From an uncultured Spartobacteria bacterium (GTDB taxonomy: Bacteria > Verrucomicrobiota > Verrucomicrobiia > Chthoniobacterales > UBA6821): DNA of 39,913 nucleotides. The position numbers and the translations under genes are program-made. The notes below the pieces were generated by a model, which had not been told where the DNA came from, did not search any database, and saw only the letters and a program-made list of their open reading frames with translations. Positions within the stretch are counted from its first letter, which is position 1, and each line of letters opens with the position of its first letter. This document shows, one piece after another, positions 7,809 to 15,840 of the stretch. The stretch is taken from positions 1-39,913 of the forward strand of contig CAIKYN010000059.1 in assembly GCA_903831635.1 (NCBI GenBank), read 5' to 3'.

Positions 7809-8647
7809 ATCCCGATCCCGCCCTTCTTCAAAAACTCTCCGGCTTGGAGGAATACCTTTCTTCCAAGATCCGGGGACAGAGCCATGTCATCCCAAGAGTC
7901 TGCTCCGTTCTGGAGCGTGGAGAGCTTGGACTTCAGCCTCCGGATAAGCCGTTGGGGTCATTCCTGTTCCTAGGGCCGACCGGCGTGGGAAAGACAGAGC
8001 TTACCTTGGAATGCTCCCGGTATCTCTTCGGAGAGGTGGCTCTCCATCGGTTTGATATGTCGGAGTTCCAGCATCTCGATAGCGTGAAACTCTTCCTTGG
8101 GGATGAGACAGGGATGCCTGGGCGGCTTGGGAAAGTCTTGGAGTCCCAGACTCGGGGGGTCCTTCTCTTTGATGAGGTTGAGAAGGCTCACCGGCTGATC
8201 TGGGATTTATTCCTCCAGATGCTCGATGCCGCACGGATTACACTGGCCGATCACCGCACCTATGACCTGAGCGGGTTCTATGTGGTTTGCACGAGCAACA
8301 TCGGATCCCACCAGCTGATGAGGCCCACCCGATTACCCTTTGCGACATTGGAACGGGCGGTGCTGGCGGAGCTACACCGTCACTTCAGGCCGGAGCTGAT
8401 CGGGAGGTTCGATGAGAAGATCGTCTTCAAGCCACTCACTCCCGAGACCCAGAGAGAGATTGCCCTGATCGTGATCGGAGAAGAGGTCGAGCGCTACCGG
8501 AAGATGGGGATCGACCTGACAGTAGAGGATGAGACCGTCGAAATGCTCATCCGGAAGGGAATCACCAAGGCCATGGGAGCTCGTCCCATGAAGAGGACCG
8601 TTCAGAAGTACTTGGGAGATGTAATCAGGGAGAAATTGATGGAGTAG
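7805..8647 (+). CDS. stand-alone Clp/Hsp100 D2-like AAA+ ATPase
   Basis: ATG at 7805 overlaps the T4CP stop (ATGA). Motifs: Walker A FLFLGPTGVGKTELT, Walker B VLLFDEVEKAH, RPELIGRFDEKIVFKPL, and sensor-2 GARPMKRTVQKYL. The ORF-track extension back to 7610 lies inside the T4CP gene and was not used. Confidence 0.8.
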   Translation: MNPDPALLQKLSGLEEYLSSKIRGQSHVIPRVCSVLERGELGLQPPDKPLGSFLFLGPTGVGKTELTLECSRYLFGEVALHRFDMSEFQHLDSVKLFLGDETGMPGRLGKVLESQTRGVLLFDEVEKAHRLIWDLFLQMLDAARITLADHRTYDLSGFYVVCTSNIGSHQLMRPTRLPFATLERAVLAELHRHFRPELIGRFDEKIVFKPLTPETQREIALIVIGEEVERYRKMGIDLTVEDETVEMLIRKGITKAMGARPMKRTVQKYLGDVIREKLME

Positions 8648-8754
8648 GGGGATTCAGCTTGTTAAGGGCGCCGTTGCAGAGGAGTGGTCAGCACAACCTC
8701 GCTCTTGCTTTTACGCTTGAGGGTTCCGATCGGCCCGCACCTTGTCTTCCAGCC

Positions 8755-8784
8755 CAGCTCAGCGAATAAAGCGATCGTCGGCTG
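8755..8784. repeat. 30-bp cassette-boundary motif, copy A (cagctcaGCGAATAAAGCGATCGtcGGCTG)
   Basis: Direct repeat of 10074-10103 with 26/30 identical. A 12-bp core AGCGAATAAAGC recurs at 34886-34897. Confidence 0.8.
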
Positions 8785-8792
8785 TTAGAGCC

Positions 8793-8818
8793 TGATCCCC
8801 GGAGTAAATGTGGGATCA
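8793..8818. terminator. hairpin between convergent genes (TGATCCC-12 nt loop-GGGATCA)
   Basis: 7-bp stem read directly, lying between the + strand AAA+ gene and the - strand 403-aa gene. There is no clear U-tract. Confidence 0.3.
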
Positions 8819-8825
8819 TAGAGCT

Positions 8826-10037
8826 CTAGTGACGAGCGCCAGTGAAGGTCTTATCAATGCATTCTTCCAGATATCGTTTTGCCTTTTCTGGGATGTCGGA
8901 CTTGGAGAAATCTTTCATCATGCTGCTTGTTCCCCAAATCGTCATGAGGGGCTCAAAGTCTGACTCTCGGACTCTGAAACAGACAAACTCGGGTTTACCA
9001 TCGTCACTCATAGATGGCTTTAATTCCATCACCCACTCCAGATCATGTCCCCTGATGGTGTGATTCAGAACCACCCCAGCCATCCCGCTGCCAGCGGCGA
9101 CTACGTGGGCATTGATTCTTTTGGAATACTCCACCCCTATCTGAGCGAATGAAGAGAGAGTTTCCCGCATGAATTGAGCACATTCGATTTCTTGCTGGGA
9201 TGGTGGTGTTGACATTGCAGGCGGGGAGGAATGGCTCATTTGAGGTTTTAACGCTATATTTTCTGATTCCTTACCAAGATCAGATGTTTGCGGAGTCGAT
9301 TCAGTCTGCTGAATTGAAGGTCGGATCGAAGGACTCATGCTCCCATACTGCCTCTTGACCGAATGTGATCTCCAGAGATTCCGGGGCAGATCGAATCTCG
9401 TACAGAGATTCTGATCCATGAAGTCGATATGTGCTCGGACATGGGCACCTGCCCACGTTCCCAGTTCTAGATTGGCTTCTAGCCAATGATCCTCGGAATA
9501 GCGGACCGGGATCACTCCTTCTGGAATATCTGTGGGCGGAATAATGCACCACTGATTCCCTTTGGAACGAATTACTGCATCAACTTCCCTATCTGGATCA
9601 TACCCAATCTGATGAACAAACTTATTTCGGAGGGTAACGACGACATCACTTTCAGGACTCCAATAGGCGTGAAGCTCATCTCTGAGGACTTGTCGCGCCC
9701 TATTATCTGAAGCTCGATGCATGAATAGACGCTCTGGAAGCTCTTCTGGTTTTTCTCTTGGGAAAAACTTTGTAACCGCTTCATAAACTCCTGCGTCGCG
9801 TTTAAGAATTTCTCCTAGAATCGACTGGCAGTAGGAGTTCAGGACATCTGCCGCATGACATACCTGAAGCCTTCCGAGATAAGATTCCATCTTGGCATTG
9901 TATGCCTCGTTGGAATGACCAGGCGGGCAACTCGCATCCACTCGTGAAGCATCAGAACGGATAAACCAATTGATAAAATAAGCTTCGTGAAGATCAACAA
10001 GAGCTCGTTGTGCATGAATTGAATGTCCTTTACTCAT
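8826..10037 (-). CDS. HEPN-motif protein with S/P/Q-rich linker and an unrecognised C-terminal domain
   Basis: 403-aa ORF. It has an Rx4H motif (TLRNKFVHQ) at about residue 150 in a helical N-terminal region, a low-complexity linker (SIRPSIQQTESTPQTSD...SSPPAMSTPPSQQ), and a C-terminal alpha/beta-looking domain of about 115 aa. Confidence 0.65.
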   Translation of the reverse strand: MSKGHSIHAQRALVDLHEAYFINWFIRSDASRVDASCPPGHSNEAYNAKMESYLGRLQVCHAADVLNSYCQSILGEILKRDAGVYEAVTKFFPREKPEELPERLFMHRASDNRARQVLRDELHAYWSPESDVVVTLRNKFVHQIGYDPDREVDAVIRSKGNQWCIIPPTDIPEGVIPVRYSEDHWLEANLELGTWAGAHVRAHIDFMDQNLCTRFDLPRNLWRSHSVKRQYGSMSPSIRPSIQQTESTPQTSDLGKESENIALKPQMSHSSPPAMSTPPSQQEIECAQFMRETLSSFAQIGVEYSKRINAHVVAAGSGMAGVVLNHTIRGHDLEWVMELKPSMSDDGKPEFVCFRVRESDFEPLMTIWGTSSMMKDFSKSDIPEKAKRYLEECIDKTFTGARH

Positions 10038-10073
10038 CAGAGAGATATCTCAGGACGTCACCGTCTTTCAGCA

Positions 10074-10103
10074 CAACTCCGCGAATAAAGCGATCGCTGG
10101 CTG
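10074..10103. repeat. 30-bp cassette-boundary motif, copy B
   Basis: Sequence caactccGCGAATAAAGCGATCGctGGCTG lies in the 106-bp gap between the helicase gene and the 403-aa gene. Confidence 0.8.
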
Positions 10104-10143
10104 CACTACCAGCTGAACCTTGGTGTAGGCGTGAGGCATGGCG

Positions 10144-11955
10144 TTAGGGCTCAACCTCCTCTTCATCAAGCCTTTGCTGCAACTCAGTCAGGAAGATGGA
10201 CGGGCCATTCTTATGGCGGCGTCCGTATTTGTCATCGGTGAATCCTGAAAATGTCATGTGGATCTGTTGCTTCGCTCGGGTCAAACCAACGTAGAAAAGT
10301 CGACGTGCTTCACTGATAGCTTCTGGGCTCTTTGCGTTCCATCTAGGAATCTTACCCTGATCCATCCCCATCATCACAACGACTTCAAATTCCAGCCCCT
10401 TCGCACTATGAAGTGTAATTAGGTTCAGATGTTTGGGGGACCCTCCTTGGCCAGAGAATGTTGCGATATTGAACTCCGCCAAATCCTTCTTTTCGTCAGT
10501 TGCTTGGAGGAGACCCTTAAAAGCATCAGCCTCATCTCTCATTGCCGGTTCGTGTTTGAGTGTTGAGCCGAGACAGGCTTTGTAGAAATACAGGAGCCAC
10601 TCGCGTAATGAAATGCTCGGGTCTCGGTGTGCAAAAAGAAATGTGACTAACTGCTGCCGCAAGGCAGCACGCCCCACATCACCCTTCGCTGAACGATTGA
10701 AGCTCAGCCATTTCTTGATGAGCACTGAGAGTGGAGGCTCTTGGCATTTCCAACCACTGACGCACCATGCCGTACAATCCTCAAGCCAGCGTGTCAAAGG
10801 TGTTCGACGGTAGGCAGCTCCTGCATCAATTCGGACATACTTCATCTTCGCGGCGTCAGCTGCGGCCGCTATAACGCTCCCGTCATTTCGATCACTATAA
10901 AGGACTGCAATCTTTCCCACGTCCAATCCGGGATTTTCTTTTAGCACTGCCGGAATGATCTCCTCGATGATGAAGGTTGCTTGGTGTGCAATTCCTTCGG
11001 GGCACTCGTAGAAATCTATCGTGCCATGCTCCTTGACTTTCGATTCGTATTCTCGGACTTCACCAAGCGTGGCAAGCGAAGCAGCCACTATCTTTCTGCC
11101 ACAGCGATAGTTAAATTTCAGCGTTACCGACTCTACCCAATCTGCTCTGGCCAGTTCCTTCAAGAGTTTGGGCTTCGACCCAGCGAAACCATAAATGGAT
11201 TGGTCTGGATCGCCTACGGCTACAAGACGAATTCCCGCTTTCTGGCATAGCGCCAATACAATTCTATGGAGGGCGAGTCCCAAATCCTGATACTCATCAA
11301 CAACGAGAACCGGGAACCGTGCTTTGATTGCCTTTCGCACCCATTCGTGACGCTCTATCAACTGAAGGCCCCAGAGAATCATGTTGTCGAAATCGACAAG
11401 GCTTTCAGCAATTAGTCGCTTCTCGTATTCTAGAATCAACCCAGCAATTTCTGGGTCTTCTTTGGTAAACTCTATCGACCCACGATCTAGAAAAGTGCGC
11501 CGATACAGTTCAAAGCGACTAATATATTTCAAAGGGTTCTCATCGCCGATTGTAGCATTTAATGACTCGGTGAAGATTCGATCTTTATCAGTCACAGAGG
11601 CCACAGAGAATTCCTTCGGAAGGCCCAAGTCCGACAACCCGGCAAATGGTGAGACCACATGCTTTAGCGAAAATGAATGCACAGTCCCTATGAAGACGTT
11701 CGATCCTTCGATGATACCGAGTTTACCCAATCGCTTTTGAAGCTCACGAGCGCACTCGGTGCTGTAGGTGATACATGCGATGCCGGAAGGTCGCTGAACA
11801 TCTTCAGCTATCATCCTAGCCATCTTTGTTGTCAGCGTCTTTGTCTTCCCGCTGCCGGGTCCAGCGAGAATAACGCAGCTTTCAGAGGATTCGTATGCCT
11901 TCCACTGGCCAGAATTGTCTCGTAGCTCTTCAGCCGCTCTTTTGTAGTCCGTCAT
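10144..11955 (-). CDS. UvrD/PcrA-type SF1 helicase (GajB-like)
   Basis: Walker A ILAGPGSGKTKT, motif II VLVVDEYQDLG, and C-terminal LHSAKGLEFEVVVM and YVGLTRAK motifs. Its start lies 4 nt from the stop of the upstream OLD-family gene. Confidence 0.85.
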   Translation of the reverse strand: MTDYKRAAEELRDNSGQWKAYESSESCVILAGPGSGKTKTLTTKMARMIAEDVQRPSGIACITYSTECARELQKRLGKLGIIEGSNVFIGTVHSFSLKHVVSPFAGLSDLGLPKEFSVASVTDKDRIFTESLNATIGDENPLKYISRFELYRRTFLDRGSIEFTKEDPEIAGLILEYEKRLIAESLVDFDNMILWGLQLIERHEWVRKAIKARFPVLVVDEYQDLGLALHRIVLALCQKAGIRLVAVGDPDQSIYGFAGSKPKLLKELARADWVESVTLKFNYRCGRKIVAASLATLGEVREYESKVKEHGTIDFYECPEGIAHQATFIIEEIIPAVLKENPGLDVGKIAVLYSDRNDGSVIAAAADAAKMKYVRIDAGAAYRRTPLTRWLEDCTAWCVSGWKCQEPPLSVLIKKWLSFNRSAKGDVGRAALRQQLVTFLFAHRDPSISLREWLLYFYKACLGSTLKHEPAMRDEADAFKGLLQATDEKKDLAEFNIATFSGQGGSPKHLNLITLHSAKGLEFEVVVMMGMDQGKIPRWNAKSPEAISEARRLFYVGLTRAKQQIHMTFSGFTDDKYGRRHKNGPSIFLTELQQRLDEEEVEP

Positions 11956-11958
11956 ACG

Positions 11959-13743
11959 TCAGCCGCATTTTGCCGCGAGGAAGGTGACCGCATCGCGGAT
12001 GTATTTTGGGCAGAGATCGCCTTTCAGTTGAGATGCAAGGCGCTGAGCGAAACGCCCCTTTGCTATAGCGTCTATGTCCTTCAACATCTGTACTGGGTCG
12101 AGCGAATCGGGTTCTTCCTTCCAAGCTGCAGCGCGTTTCTTTGCTGCGCCGTTTGTTGTCAATTCGCTGAGAGTGGAGCATAGGCTCTTGTGGTGACCGC
12201 ACTCGAAGAGGTCTACTTCGAAAGTGTATTCATTGAGAAAGATACCTTTGGCCTCGGCCTCGTTTAACAGCAGTTCGTCATCCTCAAAGTCTGATTTCGC
12301 TCCTGTGATTAGATCAAGAAGAGCCTCCACTCGGTTAAACCCTAAACCTCCACCATTTTCGACCGGATCATAATCGGTGATTACGGCAAATGGGATTCCG
12401 AGTCCATCATTGCCAAGGAACTTAATGTAGGGCGCGAAATTGGTCCCAGAGACTGAGCACACAGAAATTCCCAATTCATCGAGGTCATGGCCGATGAGCC
12501 TCGCCAGCACGGGAACAACGAAGCATTCGGAATCCCCTTCCACTAGCAATACCGCTCGACTGAAAACAATCTCCCCGCGCGTCACGTCCAAGTAGCGTTC
12601 AAGGTCAGCAACGTCTTTCTCGTCCAACTCGACTTCGGCAGTCGATTTGGCCTCGGTGCTCAACCCGTCTTCTGCTTTTCGCAGAAGCACAAGAGACCTC
12701 AGGGGTGTCACGCTGACGATGTGTGGAGAGTGCGTTGTTAAAAACGTCGTTCGGTTCGTCTCAACTTCCTCCGCTTCCGGCTGCTGCCGTGTATGCAGGA
12801 AGTCCCGATAAACAAGACGCTGCAAATGTGGGTGCAGGTGTGCCTCAGGTTCCTCGATTGCAAGGAACGTATGGTCACGGTTGCCTTCCTCAACGAGTTG
12901 GCGAAGTTCGAGGGCTTTGAGGGCGAGGTAAATGAGGTTCGTTGAGCCCAAGCTTGCCTCACTGATTCCGCGTTTTCCGGAGTCGATGAACAACCGCAAC
13001 GAGCGGATGAGGCGGTCTGCGACAGAGGGAGTTAATCCAAGAGTTACGTTCACCGCATGTGAACCTCCCACCATTTCGTTGAGCCGGTCCGTAACAGCAG
13101 TATTGAGCGCGGCAATCTCCGGCAACGCTGCGATCTCTTCTGATGCATCTGATACGTTTTGGGCGATTGCTTCAAGCGCAGCCTTATCAACCTCCCCCGC
13201 GGCTTTCTCTAGCAGTGGCCGGAGGGGCGATCTCCGCCAGTTTGCTAGATCGCCCTCGGCATCGCGGAGCGCCGAAAAGACATCCATAGGTAAGCGGCGG
13301 CGCAGTTCGTAGCTGACAATGTTCTCCTCGCTTTGACCTCCGAAGATGAAGAACTCAAAATCCGAGTCCTTCACAGGTGGCCCGTCCAGCGTTGCGAGCG
13401 GACGAAGAACGTAGGTTAACCGTGCAGTCATGGGTTCGACTGCAACTAAGTGTTCAGCGAGAACCGCCAGCAACTTGGGGTTTTCTTCAAATTCCGTTAT
13501 CTCAAGTGCAATTCGGATTTCATTGTCAATAGCAAGCGGGCGCTCGAGCCCATCCCAGAAGTCTTCCTCACGCAGTTGGCGCGCGGAATCTGGCAGCGTT
13601 GGGTCGAGCAGAAGACGCAAGGCATAGACTAGGTTCGTTTTTCCGATCTTGTTTTCGCCAACTATGACCGCGTGCTCACTTAACGCCAAATCAAGGCTTT
13701 TGAAGTTGCGGAAGTTTGTGATCTGAATGCGGGAAAGTCTCAT
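11959..13743 (-). CDS. OLD-family ATP-dependent endonuclease, ABC-type ATPase plus TOPRIM (GajA-like)
   Basis: N-terminus MRLSRIQITNFRNFKSL. Motifs: Walker A VGENKIGKTN, Walker B/D-loop FLAIEEPEAHLHPHLQ, and TOPRIM LLVEGDSECFVVP with ITDYDP. Confidence 0.85.
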   Translation of the reverse strand: MRLSRIQITNFRNFKSLDLALSEHAVIVGENKIGKTNLVYALRLLLDPTLPDSARQLREEDFWDGLERPLAIDNEIRIALEITEFEENPKLLAVLAEHLVAVEPMTARLTYVLRPLATLDGPPVKDSDFEFFIFGGQSEENIVSYELRRRLPMDVFSALRDAEGDLANWRRSPLRPLLEKAAGEVDKAALEAIAQNVSDASEEIAALPEIAALNTAVTDRLNEMVGGSHAVNVTLGLTPSVADRLIRSLRLFIDSGKRGISEASLGSTNLIYLALKALELRQLVEEGNRDHTFLAIEEPEAHLHPHLQRLVYRDFLHTRQQPEAEEVETNRTTFLTTHSPHIVSVTPLRSLVLLRKAEDGLSTEAKSTAEVELDEKDVADLERYLDVTRGEIVFSRAVLLVEGDSECFVVPVLARLIGHDLDELGISVCSVSGTNFAPYIKFLGNDGLGIPFAVITDYDPVENGGGLGFNRVEALLDLITGAKSDFEDDELLLNEAEAKGIFLNEYTFEVDLFECGHHKSLCSTLSELTTNGAAKKRAAAWKEEPDSLDPVQMLKDIDAIAKGRFAQRLASQLKGDLCPKYIRDAVTFLAAKCG

Positions 13744-13825
13744 AATATAAAATAGTAAGTTAATACAACCTCACGCAACATCCTATTGCAATTAGAGCAG
13801 ATGTTTTGGCTGTGATAAAATAGAC

Positions 13826-14656
13826 TCATTCAACTCTCCCTGTACTTTTCTGATAGGAGTAGCTATCAAAAATAAAATCCACTAACGTTTTTGCACTGTT
13901 CACCGCCAGCTTGGCGTGGTGCTTTGATGCCTTGTAGCCAGCAGCATGAGCGTCACTCATTTTATTTCGCATGCTGGCAAGGCCATTTACCACGCTCGTC
14001 AGTCCTGACAACACTTGGCGTAGCATATCACCAATGTCTTTCCGTGACGGATCAAGATTTAGTAGCGTCTGAACCCGTTTGTTGAGCTTAATCAGCTCTC
14101 CATCGTACTGCAGCGGATATGGTGACAACTTTGCTTCAATTTCAATAAGAACCGCTTCAACCAGAGAGCGAGCGTTGGTAATTGCGCCTTCAAAATCCCC
14201 TTCACTTATCTTCTTATCACATTTTAGCACCTGGTCCTTGATGAAGACGTGGTTAATTTCTTTTGATTCCATAAATGGAGAATCGAACTGCACAGAGACC
14301 CCACCAATTTGCAGAACCTTGAAATGCTCGCCAACCTTACCCATCTCGAAACCATCGAATTTCAAATACTGATTGAGATGATCAACAGCGTTTTCGGGAT
14401 TGAGATCTTTTCCGAGAAACTCTCTCGCATCAAAAACCGCATTAATAATATCTTTTAGTTCGGTTTTCCCATTTATTAGACGCAGCTTGTCTTCAGCATA
14501 TTTCCACCGAGATGGAAATCCCTGCCCATAGCTGTCACAGCAGCCAAATTGATTGAAAAAATCAACAAGCATTGGACCGCTCCGATATTGAGTCAAGGAA
14601 CTGTCTCCTGTGATGATCTTGGCAAGAATCTTCAGCGTGTTTTCTGATATTTTCAT
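13826..14656 (-). CDS. AbiJ-like abortive-infection protein (AbiJ N-terminal domain plus Abi_C HEPN domain)
   Basis: The ATG at 14656-14654 gives MKISENTLKILAKIITGD... The C-terminus is MRNKMSDAHAAGYKASKHHAKLAVNSAKTLVDFI (Abi_C/HEPN Rx6H). The 65-codon upstream extension in the ORF track is Arg/Pro-rich and overlaps an hsdS remnant, so I did not use it. Confidence 0.75.
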   Translation of the reverse strand: MKISENTLKILAKIITGDSSLTQYRSGPMLVDFFNQFGCCDSYGQGFPSRWKYAEDKLRLINGKTELKDIINAVFDAREFLGKDLNPENAVDHLNQYLKFDGFEMGKVGEHFKVLQIGGVSVQFDSPFMESKEINHVFIKDQVLKCDKKISEGDFEGAITNARSLVEAVLIEIEAKLSPYPLQYDGELIKLNKRVQTLLNLDPSRKDIGDMLRQVLSGLTSVVNGLASMRNKMSDAHAAGYKASKHHAKLAVNSAKTLVDFIFDSYSYQKSTGRVE

Positions 14657-14835
14657 GCGGCCTCCATTTCGAGTTTCGCCTGACCTGACAATAGACGCGG
14701 CAGGAGAAGGTCGCGGGTTTTGCGGAGGTTTTGGATTTGCAAATACAGATTGTAGATGAGGCGGATACTCCTCGCGACGAGGGCGGTGAATTTGTCGATT
14801 AAGTGTACCGGCGGTTCGGGAGGTATAGCGTCCAT
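14653..14835 (-). pseudogene. C-terminal remnant of a type I restriction-modification specificity subunit (HsdS)
   Basis: Translation ...IPPEPPVHLIDKFTALVARSIRLIYNLYLQIQNLRKTRDLLLPRLLSGQ matches the conserved HsdS C-terminal helix and the (R)DxLLPxLxSG tail. No target-recognition domains are present. Its stop overlaps the Abi start (ATGA). Confidence 0.55.
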
Positions 14836-14851
14836 TGCCCCTGGCTCCCAT

Positions 14852-15031
14852 TCAATGAGTGGGTCTGAACGCTTCTATATGATGGTCAATCCTACCTGGT
14901 AGATCTTCGGTCAACCATCCGCCTTCTTCTGCAATTTTGAGCAGTTGAGCTTTTAGGTTTTCCGTTGAGGGAGGATTATCCCGATTAAGCTCCCGAGCGA
15001 TCATTTCTCTAAGTTGTTCTACCTCATTCAT
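14852..15031 (-). CDS. possible 59-aa ORF (below the ORF-track cutoff), unknown function
   Basis: Hand translation: MNEVEQLREMIARELNRDNPPSTENLKAQLLKIAEEGGWLTEDLPGRIDHHIEAFRPTH*. There are no internal stops and no recognised family. Confidence 0.25.
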   Translation of the reverse strand: MNEVEQLREMIARELNRDNPPSTENLKAQLLKIAEEGGWLTEDLPGRIDHHIEAFRPTH

Positions 15032-15086
15032 TTGAAATGCGCGTAGGAGTTCTTTCTGAACCCTGTAACAGAGTGATGTGCCAGTT

Positions 15087-15542
15087 CTACCCCTTCAGTG
15101 AGTAGGTGGTGCTCCGCTTGTTTCCCTCGATGTGGAGGAATCCCCCGTTGGCCTTGAGGAAGGCGCTGAAGCGGGGACGGGCGAGACCGACTTCCTTGAA
15201 GATCACGGCTGAGGAGACTTTCTTGCCTCCGGAGAGGATTTTGGAGAGCTGGGTCTTGATCTCCTCATCGGAGATTTTGGAGAGACGTCGACGGGTGCGC
15301 TTGTCGGCAGGACTTGATTTGGCGGCCTTGGGAGCCTTGGGGCCTTTGGAGGAGAGCCCGAAGCGGGAAAGCAGGGATTCCACCTCTTTCAGCTCCTTGG
15401 CGTACTTCTTGTGAACGGAGGCCACTTCTTTCGCGATTTTCTTCTCAATGACGGCCTTGGCCTTGAGTACCTGCTTGGAGGCTTTCTTCTCCAGGGCGGC
15501 AAATTGTTTGAGGATATCTAGGGATGGTTGGGTCTGAGGCAT
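15087..15542 (-). CDS. Lys-rich coiled-coil protein with a basic linker, possible DNA-binding/nucleoid-associated protein
   Basis: 151 aa. It has an N-terminal K/E-rich helix (ALEKKASKQVLKAKAVIEKKIAKEVASVHKKYAKELKEVE), a basic linker (KGPKAPKAAKSSPADKRTRRR) and a small C-terminal domain. The function is inferred only from composition. Confidence 0.5.
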   Translation of the reverse strand: MPQTQPSLDILKQFAALEKKASKQVLKAKAVIEKKIAKEVASVHKKYAKELKEVESLLSRFGLSSKGPKAPKAAKSSPADKRTRRRLSKISDEEIKTQLSKILSGGKKVSSAVIFKEVGLARPRFSAFLKANGGFLHIEGNKRSTTYSLKG

Positions 15543-15840
15543 AAGATATTAATGTAGAGATTCTTCCATATATTTCAATTCTTTATCTCACAGAAACAGA
15601 GTGGAAAGAGTATCAGGATAATACACATGAGTTTTTGGCACGGCGAATGCTGTTTTATTAGAGCTTCTAATGAGCGTAATGCAACATAATCGCAATAAAT
15701 GAAAAAACATGTTGCACACGTGTATCCACTACGAATACACCGATCGAAGTTCATCGGATGACGTCGAAGTTTTCCTGTTCTGACTGGGAAATGAAAACGG
15801 ACTCGATGAGCTTCCTTCCCCTCCTCCAAAAACCCAGAAC

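Noticed and set aside
8745-10150. Integron hypothesis: recurring junction motifs as attC sites and the tyrosine recombinase as IntI
   Set aside because: The motifs lack the canonical RYYYAAC / GTTRRRY cores; GTTAGAG and GTTAGGG both fail the final pyrimidine. Cassette orientations are mixed, and the recombinase is over 20 kb from these copies. I could not recognise an IntI-specific insertion by eye.
14657-14851. 65-codon N-terminal extension of the Abi_C ORF (341-aa version)
   Set aside because: The extension is Arg/Pro-rich and overlaps, in another frame, sequence with clear HsdS C-terminal similarity. The internal ATG gives a typical AbiJ-type N-terminus.
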